Source of the DNA: an uncultured virus (IMG/VR IMGVR_UViG_3300006930_000006)
Taxonomy: Duplodnaviria; Heunggongvirae; Uroviricota; Caudoviricetes
Direction: 5' to 3' (one strand)
IMG/VR virus record: IMGVR_UViG_3300006930_000006
Length of the DNA stretch: 57,297 nucleotides
The position numbers and the translations under genes are program-made. The notes under the pieces were generated by a model. That model was not told the origin of the DNA, made no database searches, and was given only the letters and a program-made list of their open reading frames with translations. Position 1 is the stretch's first letter; every line of letters starts with the position of its first letter. This document shows positions 1-9,488 of the stretch, piece after piece.

Positions 1-1
1 T

Positions 2-58
2 ATTAGACGTCAGCAAGCTGGTCTAATCGTTCCAGAACAAAAGATTATCACTGAATAA
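2..58 (+). CDS. 3' end of an upstream ORF (partial; IRRQQAGLIVPEQKIITE*)
   Basis: Open frame from the window edge to TAA at 56-58; C-terminus resembles the small conserved gene often found just before gp43 in T4-like phages. Confidence 0.55.
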   Translation: MRRQQAGLIVPEQKIITE

Positions 59-68
59 AATTATAATC

Positions 69-94
69 GGTAGACTGTAGAAATGCAGTCTACC
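69..94 (+). promoter_or_regulatory. Stable hairpin upstream of the gp43 RBS; candidate autogenous translational operator
   Basis: GGTAGACTGTA-GAAA-TGCAGTCTACC, 11-bp stem with GAAA tetraloop, no U-tract, 5 nt before the GGGGA SD. Confidence 0.55.
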
Positions 95-111
95 ATAACG
101 GGGATACTATA

Positions 112-2658
112 ATGAACTTTTATATAAATTGCTTCGTAAAAGGTAATAATGTCTATTTAAGAGGTGTAGAAAATGGTAAAAGATTTTCAAGAATTATTAA
201 GAATTATAAACCATATCTATTTGTAAAATCAAACAAAACAACAAGCAATTTATACAAGACTTTATATGACGAACCAGTCCAAAGAATGGATTTCAATAAT
301 CTGTGGGATGCTAGAAACTATATAGAGCAATATAAAGGTACCAATGCAAAAATCTATGGCACAACCAACTTTGAAGAACAGTATATTAGTGAAGCTTATA
401 AAGGACATATTACTTTTGACAGACAACATCTAAAAGTCTTCAACATAGATATTGAAACAGATATCAACGGTGGTTTTCCGGAACCAGCCTTAGCAAATAA
501 TGCAATTACTGCTATAACAGTAAAAGATTCTAATAAAGGTAAGTTTTTCGTATTCGGTTGTAAAGACTATAATAACACCAATCCAAATGTTAAGTATGTT
601 AAATGCCAAAATGAAAAACACTTATTAGAGAACTTTCTAAAACTCTGGACTTATGATTATCCAGATATTATTACAGGTTGGAATATAAGATTCTTTGATA
701 TTCCATATATTATCAATAGGATAACAAAAGTACTTGGACCAGAACAAGCGAATAAATTGAGTGTCTGGGGGCAGATTACTAAGAAGACAATCTATGTTGC
801 TAGTGACCCGTATGATTTACAAGAAATAGTTGGTATATCTTCTATGGATTATTTAGATCTATATAAGAAATATACATCAGGAAATAAGGAATCATATTCA
901 TTAAACTCGATTGCAAATTATGAATTGGGGCAAGGTAAGATCGCATATACTGGATCATTGGATGATTTGTATGAAAGTGATTATCAGAAATTCATTGATT
1001 ATAATATACAAGATGTTAACCTCGTTGATTTAATTGATGAAAAAATGAAGTTGATAGATCTGCACTTAGATATGATGTATATTGCCAAAGCACCAAATAC
1101 GACAGTCTGCTATGGACCAGTTCGTTATTGGGAAATTTTACTCTACAATCATTTATTAGAAAAGAATATTGTAATCAATCCAAAAGATAAGAAAGAAGAT
1201 AAGTCTGAGCAGTATATTGGTGCTTATGTAAAAGAAACAACTCCTGGTTTATATAACTGGGTGGTTTCTTGTGATTTAGAATCTTTATATCCTTCTATTG
1301 TTATGCAATGGAACATTAGTCCAGAAACTTTGATAACTAGTGTGCCTGTAGAACTAGAAGCATTAACTTCTAAAGTAACTATTGATAAACTTGTCCACGA
1401 AGAGATTGACTTATCTTTACTTAAAAAGTATGATTATTCAATGACTGCCAATGGTGCTTTATATAGAAAAGATAAGTACGGTATTTTGCCAACTATCTTT
1501 AAAGAACTATTTGATGGCCGTAAGATTGCTAAAAAGGAAATGATTGAGTGCAAGAAGAAATTAGAAGTAGTAAAAGAACAACTATCACACGGTGAAACTA
1601 AAGAACTATTAAATGAAAAAGAAAGTCTAGTTAAGAAGATATCTGCTCTAAACAATAGACAGATGTGCTTGAAGATTTGTCTAAACTCTGCTTATGGTGC
1701 AATCGGTAATCAAGGCTTTGCTTATTATAATATCAAGAATGCTGTAGCTATTACAAGTAGTGGGCAAATGGTTATTAAAACCACTGAAAAAGAAACGAAT
1801 AAGATGCTAAATCAAAAGCTTAATACAAATCACGACTATGTGGTAGGTATTGATACTGACTCTGTTTATCTAGAATTAGAAAAATTCGTTGACCCCAAAT
1901 TAAGTATTGTCGAAAAAGTAAACTATTTAGATAAGTTTGCTGCTGATGAGTTAGAACCATTATTCCAAAGAACTTATCAACGGATGTTTGAATATACGAA
2001 TTCTTATACTCTTAGAATGAAAATGAAACGTGAAGCTATTGGGGAAAAAGCTATCTGGTTAGCAAAGAAGCATTATATTATCTCTGTATGGGATAATGAA
2101 GGTGTTAGATTTAATGAACCAAATATAAAAATGATGGGAATTGAAGCTGTTAAGTCATCCACACCAGCTATCTGTAGAACAAAAATTAAGGAAGCTATTA
2201 AATTAATCTTGACAACCGACAATGATACTGTTATACAGTTTATAGATAAGTTTAAAGAGGAGTTCTCAAAACAACCAGCTGATGTTGTCGCTTTTCCAAG
2301 AGGTGTATCTGAAATGGATAAGTTCGTTGATAACAGCAATCAAGGTTTTAAGAAAGGAACTCCAATACATAATAGAGGTGCTATATTACATAATCAGTTG
2401 CTTAAGAAACTTGGACTAAAGAAGATTAAACCAATAGGTAGCAAAGACAAGATTAAGTTTTTGTATCTGAAAGAACCTAACCATATAGGGCAAAATGTGA
2501 TATCCTTTATTGGAACTTTACCTAATGAGTTTGAGTTAGACCAGTATATTGATTATAACTTACAATTTGAGAAGACTTTTCTATCACCAATTAAAGGCAT
2601 ATTAGATGCTATGAATTGGCAGATTGAAAAATCAAACAGTTTAGATGCTTTCTTTTAG
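112..2658 (+). CDS. 43: Family B DNA polymerase (T4 gp43-like)
   Basis: Exo motifs DIET, GWNIRFFD, YNIQD; polymerase motifs DLESLYPS, KICLNSAYG, DTDS; C-terminal clamp-binding SLDAFF. Confidence 0.98.
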   Translation: MNFYINCFVKGNNVYLRGVENGKRFSRIIKNYKPYLFVKSNKTTSNLYKTLYDEPVQRMDFNNLWDARNYIEQYKGTNAKIYGTTNFEEQYISEAYKGHITFDRQHLKVFNIDIETDINGGFPEPALANNAITAITVKDSNKGKFFVFGCKDYNNTNPNVKYVKCQNEKHLLENFLKLWTYDYPDIITGWNIRFFDIPYIINRITKVLGPEQANKLSVWGQITKKTIYVASDPYDLQEIVGISSMDYLDLYKKYTSGNKESYSLNSIANYELGQGKIAYTGSLDDLYESDYQKFIDYNIQDVNLVDLIDEKMKLIDLHLDMMYIAKAPNTTVCYGPVRYWEILLYNHLLEKNIVINPKDKKEDKSEQYIGAYVKETTPGLYNWVVSCDLESLYPSIVMQWNISPETLITSVPVELEALTSKVTIDKLVHEEIDLSLLKKYDYSMTANGALYRKDKYGILPTIFKELFDGRKIAKKEMIECKKKLEVVKEQLSHGETKELLNEKESLVKKISALNNRQMCLKICLNSAYGAIGNQGFAYYNIKNAVAITSSGQMVIKTTEKETNKMLNQKLNTNHDYVVGIDTDSVYLELEKFVDPKLSIVEKVNYLDKFAADELEPLFQRTYQRMFEYTNSYTLRMKMKREAIGEKAIWLAKKHYIISVWDNEGVRFNEPNIKMMGIEAVKSSTPAICRTKIKEAIKLILTTDNDTVIQFIDKFKEEFSKQPADVVAFPRGVSEMDKFVDNSNQGFKKGTPIHNRGAILHNQLLKKLGLKKIKPIGSKDKIKFLYLKEPNHIGQNVISFIGTLPNEFELDQYIDYNLQFEKTFLSPIKGILDAMNWQIEKSNSLDAFF

Positions 2659-2667
2659 GAGTTTAAT

Positions 2668-3426
2668 ATGCTTTGTGTAGATTTCATATCAGATATTCAT
2701 AGTACTTTCTATGATATAAATGATAGAATGCTGGACCTAGGTAAGACCAATTCTCATATTTTGGTTATTGCCGGTGATATCGCACACGGTCCAGAAACTA
2801 CCATAACAACTTTAACTGATATTTGTAGAAATTATGACTATGAGCATATACTTTTCGTAGCTGGCAATCACGATTATTATAATGCAGAAAAGAGTACACC
2901 AGATTATATAGATGAAATATACAAATCTTTCTTTGATGAACATAAGACAATTAAGTTTCTAACCAGAAATAAGTCCTATGTTATTGACGGATATAGATTT
3001 ATTGGTTGTAATGGGTGGTATTCAGTAGATAACAATCCTTCTTGGTATACTAGATTTAATGATAGCAGATGTATCGGATTTAGTGATGGTGCAATGCCAG
3101 AAGATCTTATGGATAAAGATTATAACTATCTAGAACGTGAGATAAAGAAGTCCAATGAAAAATGTATTCTGGTAACTCACACTGCTCCATTTAAGGAACA
3201 AGCTTTATATAAAGGTGAATATACTGACGTTACCCAGTTTTATTATAATCCAAAACTTGGTGAATTAGCAAGCGAACTAAACTTAGTTGGTTGGATCTTT
3301 GGACATACTCACACACCAACATTGGAACTTAAGAACGGAATTCCATTTGTCAATAATCCGATGGGATACCCCCGTGAGAATATAAACACAGGATTACAAT
3401 CAGTTATAATAGATGGGAGAAAGTAG
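2668..3426 (+). CDS. Calcineurin-like metallophosphoesterase
   Basis: Motifs SDIH, AGDI, GNHD, THT, GHTH. Confidence 0.92.
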   Translation: MLCVDFISDIHSTFYDINDRMLDLGKTNSHILVIAGDIAHGPETTITTLTDICRNYDYEHILFVAGNHDYYNAEKSTPDYIDEIYKSFFDEHKTIKFLTRNKSYVIDGYRFIGCNGWYSVDNNPSWYTRFNDSRCIGFSDGAMPEDLMDKDYNYLEREIKKSNEKCILVTHTAPFKEQALYKGEYTDVTQFYYNPKLGELASELNLVGWIFGHTHTPTLELKNGIPFVNNPMGYPRENINTGLQSVIIDGRK

Positions 3427-3606
3427 TTGACTTATTTCAAATTCGTGTTATTACACATTGTTTTTTACTTAGGAATCTTTGCAGAAGTAATGATTCTAAG
3501 TTATGCTAATGCTAATAAAACAGCACTGGTTCTATTCGGGATTTGTGCTTTTGCTAGTGTGTTTGTTAATTTTATAACGGAAGGAAGAAAAAATGACTTA
3601 TTTTAA
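3427..3606 (+). CDS. Small hydrophobic membrane protein (59 aa, not in ORF track)
   Basis: TTG start after GGGAGA SD; MTYFKFVLLHIVFYLGIFAEVMIL...; two hydrophobic stretches; fills the gap between genes. Confidence 0.65.
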   Translation: MTYFKFVLLHIVFYLGIFAEVMILSYANANKTALVLFGICAFASVFVNFITEGRKNDLF

Positions 3607-3763
3607 CGAAATGGTATTTAATATAGTACTAATTTCAATAAACTTATTTTTAGTCTTTATAAGTGGAGATCTACCAGTATTCGCTCTTACTTTATGGTTT
3701 GTATCTTATTTTGGAGCAATTAGAGGTTTATACTTTACTTTAACACAAACTCGGAGAAACTAA
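3593..3763 (+). CDS. Small hydrophobic membrane protein (56 aa, not in ORF track)
   Basis: ATG after GGAAGGAAG; MTYFNEMVFNIVLISINLFLVFISG...; stop abuts the uvsX start. Confidence 0.7.
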   Translation: MTYFNEMVFNIVLISINLFLVFISGDLPVFALTLWFVSYFGAIRGLYFTLTQTRRN

Positions 3764-3764
3764 T

Positions 3765-4829
3765 ATGGTATCATTTTTGAAAAAACTAACTGAAGCTGCT
3801 AATAATGAATATGCAGCTATTGTAGAAGAAGGATTGGATGCTGATGTGGTATCTTATGTAGATACTGGCAGTTATGCACTCAATGCTTTATTATCAGGAT
3901 CTATCTATAAAGGTATTGCTGGCAATAAAGTAGTTGCTTTAGCAGGTGAAAGTTCTACTGGTAAAACTTTCGTAGCATTAGGAATTGCAAAAGCTTTTCA
4001 AGATGCTAACAAAGACGGACAAGTAATCTACTTTGATAGTGAAAGTGCTATTACTTCTGAGATGATTAAAGAACGTGGTATGGATCCAACTAGAATGGCT
4101 ATTCTACCAGCAGATACAGTAGAAAACTTTAGAACTCAGATGATGAAGATTCTAAAAGAACTTGAAGAGACCAAAGAGTCAGAACGTCAACCAGTTTTAT
4201 TTGTATTAGATTCCCTTGGTGAGTTATCAACATCAAAGGAAATGAACGATACTTTAGAAGGTAAAGAAACTCGTGATATGACTCGTGCGCAAGTAGTTAA
4301 ATCTTTATTCCGTGTTATTACATTAAAACTTGGCAGATTAAAATGCTCAATGATAGTAACTAACCACGTTTATGATGTCATTGGATCTATGTTTCCTCAA
4401 AAGAAAATGGGTGGTGGTTCTGGATTAGTTTATGCTGCTTCTCAGATTATCTCATTATCTAAACGTAAAGACAAAGATAAAGAAAATGAAGTAACTGGGG
4501 CAATTCTTACAGCTTCATTGCAGAAAAGCCGTCTAACTAAAGAGAATAGATCTGTATCAACCTTAGTATCTTATGACCACGGATTGGATAGATATTATGG
4601 TTTACTTGATATTGCAGAAAAGTATGGTATCTTTACCAAAGTATCTAATAAGTATGAAGTTGCCAAGGATGTAAAGGTATTTGAAAATGCTATATTAAAA
4701 AATCCAACAAAGTACTTTACAAAAGAAGTTTTAGACCGTATAGATGAAGCGTGCGCAAAAGAGTTTTGTTATGGTAAAAATGAAGTAGTACCAGCAGAAG
4801 AAGTTGATGAAACAGTAACGGAAGAGTAA
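3765..4829 (+). CDS. uvsX: RecA-like recombinase UvsX
   Basis: Walker A GESSTGKT, FDSE, LDSLG, DMTRA, MGGGSG; precedes gp41. Confidence 0.96.
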   Translation: MVSFLKKLTEAANNEYAAIVEEGLDADVVSYVDTGSYALNALLSGSIYKGIAGNKVVALAGESSTGKTFVALGIAKAFQDANKDGQVIYFDSESAITSEMIKERGMDPTRMAILPADTVENFRTQMMKILKELEETKESERQPVLFVLDSLGELSTSKEMNDTLEGKETRDMTRAQVVKSLFRVITLKLGRLKCSMIVTNHVYDVIGSMFPQKKMGGGSGLVYAASQIISLSKRKDKDKENEVTGAILTASLQKSRLTKENRSVSTLVSYDHGLDRYYGLLDIAEKYGIFTKVSNKYEVAKDVKVFENAILKNPTKYFTKEVLDRIDEACAKEFCYGKNEVVPAEEVDETVTEE

Positions 4830-4834
4830 TAAAA

Positions 4835-6208
4835 ATGGAAGAGACTATACTCGGTGGTCTTGTCTACAACGATTCTTATACTAGAGTTGTATTACCACAT
4901 CTAAAAACTGCTTATTTTGAAGATGCAGTCAATCAAGCATTATTTCAAATTATCGGGCAGTTTATAACTACTTTTAATAATAGGCCAAGTATTGATACTC
5001 TAAAAGTTGAGTGGGGTAAAGTAAAATCCTTAAAAGATAATCAGTATAAAGCTGGATTGAAACTATTATTAGAACTAAAGCCTATTGCAGAAGACAATCT
5101 GGAGTGGGCACTAAAAGAAACTGAAAAATGGTGTAGAACCAGAGCTATTGTTAATGCCATAACCAAAGGCATTACCATATTGGAAAATAAAGATAAAGAT
5201 AAGGATTCTATAGATAGTCTACCGGATCTATTATCAGATGCTCTTGGGGTTACTTTTGATAGTAATGTCGGACACGATTATATCAATGACTCAGATAAAC
5301 GATTTGAATACTATCATCGTGAGAACGAGAAACTACCTTTTGATATTGATTTATTGAATAAAATTACCAAAGGTGGTATTGAGAAAAAGACTCTGAATTG
5401 TGTACTTGCTGCTACTAACTCTGGTAAGACTATTCTATTATGCCATTGTGCTTCACACTGGTTAACCATAGGTAAAAATGTTTTATACTTAACTATGGAA
5501 ATGGCTGAAGAAAAGATTGCAGAAAGAATAGATGCTAACTTACTTGATATTAGTATGGATAACATTGAAGAGATACCAAAGGATGTTTTTGATAAGAAAA
5601 TCAATCGTTTAAAAGCAAAAGGTATCGGATGTCTAAAGATTAAAGAATACCCAACTGGACAACCAAGTGCTCTGACTTTCAGAAACACTGTTAACGAATT
5701 GAAAATGAAACAGAACTTTGTGCCAGATGTTATTATTGTTGATTATCTAAATATCTGCTCATCAAGTAGATGCTCAATGAAATCAGTTAGTGCTAACTTA
5801 TATATCTATGTAAAGAGTATTGCAGAAGAACTTCGTGCTATGGCTAAGGAATTAGGGGTGCCGATATTAACCGCAACACAATCGGATAGGTCCTCAATGA
5901 AAGGTGGTGAATTAGACATAGATAATGTTTCTGAATCAAAAGGTTTACCAGATACTTGTGATTTATTGATTGGTATGTACGGGGACGAGAAGTTAGATGA
6001 GTGTGGTCAAAGAATCTTTAAGCAATTAAAGAATAGGTATGGGGATAAGGCAAAGAATAGAAAGTTTGCAGTAGGACTTGACAAAACGAAAATGAGATTT
6101 TATGATTTAGAAAAAGTTGATAAAGACATACTAAAGCATCCAGAAGTTGAGGAATTCGGAAAAGAGTTTGAGACCAATCTAAAAGGACTTGACGAATGGA
6201 ACATATAA
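4835..6208 (+). CDS. 41: Replicative DnaB-like helicase (gp41)
   Basis: Walker A ATNSGKT, TMEMAEEKIAERIDAN, VDYLNI, TATQ, QLKNRY. Confidence 0.96.
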   Translation: MEETILGGLVYNDSYTRVVLPHLKTAYFEDAVNQALFQIIGQFITTFNNRPSIDTLKVEWGKVKSLKDNQYKAGLKLLLELKPIAEDNLEWALKETEKWCRTRAIVNAITKGITILENKDKDKDSIDSLPDLLSDALGVTFDSNVGHDYINDSDKRFEYYHRENEKLPFDIDLLNKITKGGIEKKTLNCVLAATNSGKTILLCHCASHWLTIGKNVLYLTMEMAEEKIAERIDANLLDISMDNIEEIPKDVFDKKINRLKAKGIGCLKIKEYPTGQPSALTFRNTVNELKMKQNFVPDVIIVDYLNICSSSRCSMKSVSANLYIYVKSIAEELRAMAKELGVPILTATQSDRSSMKGGELDIDNVSESKGLPDTCDLLIGMYGDEKLDECGQRIFKQLKNRYGDKAKNRKFAVGLDKTKMRFYDLEKVDKDILKHPEVEEFGKEFETNLKGLDEWNI

Positions 6209-6211
6209 ATA
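6204..6211 (+). promoter_or_regulatory. T4-type late promoter upstream of gene 32
   Basis: TATAAATA at the end of gp41, ~100 nt before the gp32 ATG. Confidence 0.7.
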
Positions 6212-6237
6212 ATTTAAGGTACTGATTAGTTGATTAT

Positions 6238-6309
6238 TCTAATGTTTGTCTAAGCATTAGATCTATGTACTGGTAGACAATAACAAAAAACAAAAAAGGA
6301 AAAAATAAA
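6238..6309 (+). promoter_or_regulatory. Gene 32 translational operator: H-type pseudoknot plus A-rich unstructured leader
   Basis: S1 TCTAATG(6238-44)/CATTAGA(6255-61); S2 TTGTCTA(6246-52)/TAGACAA(6274-80); then TAACAAAAAACAAAAAAGGAAAAAATAAA before ATG. Confidence 0.8.
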
Positions 6310-7203
6310 ATGGATTTTGAAGCATTAAAGAAAAAAGCAAATAGCTTACAAGAACTAACAAAAAAGATGGACGCCGATAAAGGTGGACACAAAGATGAAA
6401 GATTCTGGAAACTTTCACGTAATAAAGACGGCGTTGGTTATGCAACGATTAGATTCTTACCAGCTCCAGATGGTGAGGATATGCCTTGGGTAAAGTACTT
6501 CAGCCATTCTATCAAAGGTAATGGTTACTTTATTGAAAATTGTCCAACTACTATTGGATTAAAATGCCCAGTATGTGATAACAACAATAAATTATATAAA
6601 GGAAATCAAGCAGAAAAAGATATGACAAAGGGTAGATTCCGTAAAAAGAACTTTATCTCAAATATCTTCATTGTAGATGATCCAGAACAACCAGAAAATA
6701 ATGGTAAAGTATTTTTATTTGCTTATGGACCAGCAATCTACGCTATGATTGAAAACGCAATGAAACCAGAGTTCCCAACGGATACCCCAGTAAATCCATT
6801 TGATTTTTGGGCTGGTGCAAACTTTAAGATTAAAATCTGCAAGAAAACTGATACAGAATTCTTGACTTATGATAAATCTTCATTTGACGCACCTTCACCT
6901 CTATTAGGTGGTGATGACGAAAAACTAAAAGATGTTTGGGCAAAAGAGTATAAATTAAATCAATTCATTTCTCCAAGCGAATTTAAGACTTACGAACAAC
7001 TAAACAAAAGATTTGAAGATGTTATTGGTGCTTATGACTTAAGTAAACCAAAATCAGCTTTAAATGCTAAAATTGATGATGAAATTCCAGATTATGATGA
7101 AGTGGAAGCTAAAGCATCTGCTCCAGTATTAGCAAAAGAAGAGATTGAAAATATCTCTGATGCTGGTTCTGAGCCAGATGAATATGATAACTTGTTTAAT
7201 TAA
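6310..7203 (+). CDS. 32: Single-stranded DNA-binding protein (gp32)
   Basis: DERFWK, IRFLP, H...CPTTIGLKCPVC zinc site, NPFDFWAGANFK, acidic C-terminal tail. Confidence 0.97.
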   Translation: MDFEALKKKANSLQELTKKMDADKGGHKDERFWKLSRNKDGVGYATIRFLPAPDGEDMPWVKYFSHSIKGNGYFIENCPTTIGLKCPVCDNNNKLYKGNQAEKDMTKGRFRKKNFISNIFIVDDPEQPENNGKVFLFAYGPAIYAMIENAMKPEFPTDTPVNPFDFWAGANFKIKICKKTDTEFLTYDKSSFDAPSPLLGGDDEKLKDVWAKEYKLNQFISPSEFKTYEQLNKRFEDVIGAYDLSKPKSALNAKIDDEIPDYDEVEAKASAPVLAKEEIENISDAGSEPDEYDNLFN

Positions 7204-7216
7204 ATAATAGACAAGT

Positions 7217-7258
7217 AAAAAAGAGGGGTAGGCTTTCCGAGTAAGTCTACCCTTTTTT
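7217..7258. terminator. Bidirectional intrinsic terminator between convergent genes
   Basis: A6 ... GGGTAGGCTT-loop-AAGTCTACCC-T6 between the gp32 stop and the stop of the minus-strand gene. Confidence 0.85.
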
Positions 7259-7259
7259 A

Positions 7260-8996
7260 TTAGAATCCTTCGGTTACCCGGATATTAAATGGCTGCTCAT
7301 ATAATCTAGGATCTGATTGTGATATGTTATTGATTACACTCATATTAGAATTATATGTTTTTTCAATAGCTTTCATATCTTCTAATCTAGGTGGTTCTGA
7401 CATTGTCTTAACGGTTTTCATTTTATTATTGAAGCTTTTCTCCATCATAATATCAGCTGCATAATCACGATTTACCGTATCTGGAACTACTGAAGATACA
7501 TAAGCTCTTTCTTCTTTGATATTTTCTATTATCTTTTTATTAGTATCTTTTTCAAGTTGTCTTTGCCAATCTTTCTTGAATACATTGCCAACTCTACCAA
7601 AGAATCCTTTTTTACGTTCCCCAGTAGTAGCATCTATCTCGGCCAATGCCTCATCTTTTTCTTTATCGTTTAGATCTACATAAGACTTTTCTGCACGTTC
7701 GCTAATTTTTTCATTGTATAAAGTTGGGTTCTTTTCTTTTTGTTTAGATAGACTATATTCTTTATACTTCTTTACACCGAAATAACCTAATACAGCTACG
7801 GCTGCTGCTATGGCCGCTATAATACCCCATATAGGAGCGGTGACCCCTGCCAGAACGGCTCCTATTGAAGCAAATGCGGATCCTATTAAAGAACCTAAAC
7901 CACTGAATAACGAAACAGCTGCAAGACCAATCTTAGCAAATACACCTTTGAAAAGACCAAGCAAAGGTTTTGCAATATGCTCAGCAAATCTAGCACCAAG
8001 ATATTTAGATATAAATCCACCATCACCAGCTTTCTCTGCTTGAGCTTCTGAAAAGTTAATCAATCCATCTGCACCAGCAAGTCCAGCACCACCAGAAACT
8101 ATATTCTTAAATGATGTATCACTCATTTCTTTTTGTGCTTCAAGAGAATCTGATAGGTATTCGTTCTGCTCAATTTGCTCTTTTGTTAAGTCTATAGCTT
8201 GAAAACCAGATTCATTAACACCTTTTAGAAGATTAGTGTTATTGGTAAGAATAGATCTAATATCATATAAAACAGATCCAATTTCAATAAGATAATCACC
8301 TATCTTTTCGGTCTTAGTATCAATAATACCTTGCACGTTATCTAACTTAAGAAGAATATCCCCACTCATAGATGTAGCAAACGGTGCTTCTGCTTCCATA
8401 CCAGCACCACCTTCTTCTGGGTATGCTGCAAAAGATGGTGTCATCTTTTCAAACTTAGCAGTAGCATTATCCCACCAGGATTTGGCTTTTGATTTCTTAG
8501 GTGCTTCGGATTCTAATACAGATTCCTTTTCTTCTTCAAACTTAGCTCTGCGTTCTAATCTAGCTTCTTTTGAGAACTTGCGTTCGTATCCTTTGGTCAT
8601 CCAATCACTAATCATACCACCACCAAGGAAACCTGGTAATATGGATCTTATAGTTCCAGCAATACCGGACACAGCTTCTTCTCCAAGACCATATAGAATA
8701 CCGTCTTTAAGTTTCTTTTGCTCTTTCTCACGCTGCTTTTCTAGAATAAGTAATTGTTTATCAAGGTCATTATCATTAAGCTTTGATAACTTGACTAGGT
8801 CTAGATCTACTTTCTTTACAACATCAACATTATTCTTATATACTTTTGATACAAGAGCAACTATACCATTGACTAAACCAGTCTTTTGTTGTGTAAAGAA
8901 GTCATCACTGGCCTTTACAAAGTAATCATCTGGTATGCCTTGCTTTGGTACTATCTTGTCATTAGGAATGTCTATTTTCATTTTTATATTGTCCAT
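7260..8996 (-). CDS. Putative tail tape measure / baseplate hub protein (gp29-like)
   Basis: 578 aa, helical, with a long Gly/Ala-rich hydrophobic segment (LGSLIGSAFASIGAVLAGVTAPIWGIIAAIAAAVAVLG); own late promoter; no other tape-measure candidate in the tail module. Confidence 0.65.
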   Translation of the reverse strand: MDNIKMKIDIPNDKIVPKQGIPDDYFVKASDDFFTQQKTGLVNGIVALVSKVYKNNVDVVKKVDLDLVKLSKLNDNDLDKQLLILEKQREKEQKKLKDGILYGLGEEAVSGIAGTIRSILPGFLGGGMISDWMTKGYERKFSKEARLERRAKFEEEKESVLESEAPKKSKAKSWWDNATAKFEKMTPSFAAYPEEGGAGMEAEAPFATSMSGDILLKLDNVQGIIDTKTEKIGDYLIEIGSVLYDIRSILTNNTNLLKGVNESGFQAIDLTKEQIEQNEYLSDSLEAQKEMSDTSFKNIVSGGAGLAGADGLINFSEAQAEKAGDGGFISKYLGARFAEHIAKPLLGLFKGVFAKIGLAAVSLFSGLGSLIGSAFASIGAVLAGVTAPIWGIIAAIAAAVAVLGYFGVKKYKEYSLSKQKEKNPTLYNEKISERAEKSYVDLNDKEKDEALAEIDATTGERKKGFFGRVGNVFKKDWQRQLEKDTNKKIIENIKEERAYVSSVVPDTVNRDYAADIMMEKSFNNKMKTVKTMSEPPRLEDMKAIEKTYNSNMSVINNISQSDPRLYEQPFNIRVTEGF

Positions 8997-9003
8997 ATAA
9001 ATA
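8996..9003 (+). promoter_or_regulatory. Late promoter for the gp4-gp2-gp54-gp26 operon
   Basis: TATAAATA. Confidence 0.75.
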
Positions 9004-9021
9004 GTTGGTATGATACACTTT

Positions 9022-9029
9022 TATTTATA
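9022..9029 (-). promoter_or_regulatory. Late promoter for the tape-measure-like gene
   Basis: TATTTATA on + strand = TATAAATA on - strand, ~25 nt upstream of the minus-strand ATG. Confidence 0.75.
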
Positions 9030-9041
9030 AGGACAGTAGTT

Positions 9042-9488
9042 GTGGCAAGACACTATAGACAAGGTAAGTTTACTCCAAAGCATCCAGAAAAGTATGTTGG
9101 TAATGTAAAGAATATAGTATTCCGCAGTTCCTGGGAATTGCGTTGTGCTTTGTATTTTGACCAGCATCCAAGTATTCTACAATGGTCTTCTGAAGAGGTA
9201 ATAGTTGATTACATAAGTCCAGTTGATAATAGAGCACATAGATACTTTGTTGATTTTATTATTAAGTATAAGGATACTAAGGGAAATATACGAACAAGTC
9301 TAATTGAAGTAAAGCCATTTTGTCAAACTATACAGCCAGAACTAAAAAGTAAAAGGCAGATGAAAAGATATATAACTGAGCTAACTACTTGGGGTATAAA
9401 TAATAGTAAGTGGAAGTCTGCAAAGGAATTTGCCGACAAACACGGTTGGGAATTTAGAATACTAACAGAAAAAGAGATAGGTATTTAA
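9042..9488 (+). CDS. 4: Head completion nuclease (gp4, TnsA-like)
   Basis: GTG start after AAGGA SD (MARHYRQGKFTPKHPEKYVG); RSSWE, WSSEE, HRYFVDF, IEVKP, KW, LTE. Confidence 0.93.
   Translation: MARHYRQGKFTPKHPEKYVGNVKNIVFRSSWELRCALYFDQHPSILQWSSEEVIVDYISPVDNRAHRYFVDFIIKYKDTKGNIRTSLIEVKPFCQTIQPELKSKRQMKRYITELTTWGINNSKWKSAKEFADKHGWEFRILTEKEIGI

Noticed and set aside
8886..9041. N-terminal extension of the gp4 ORF from TTG 8886
   Set aside because: Overlaps the opposite-strand gene and lies upstream of the late promoter; GTG 9042 has an SD and gives the conserved gp4 start
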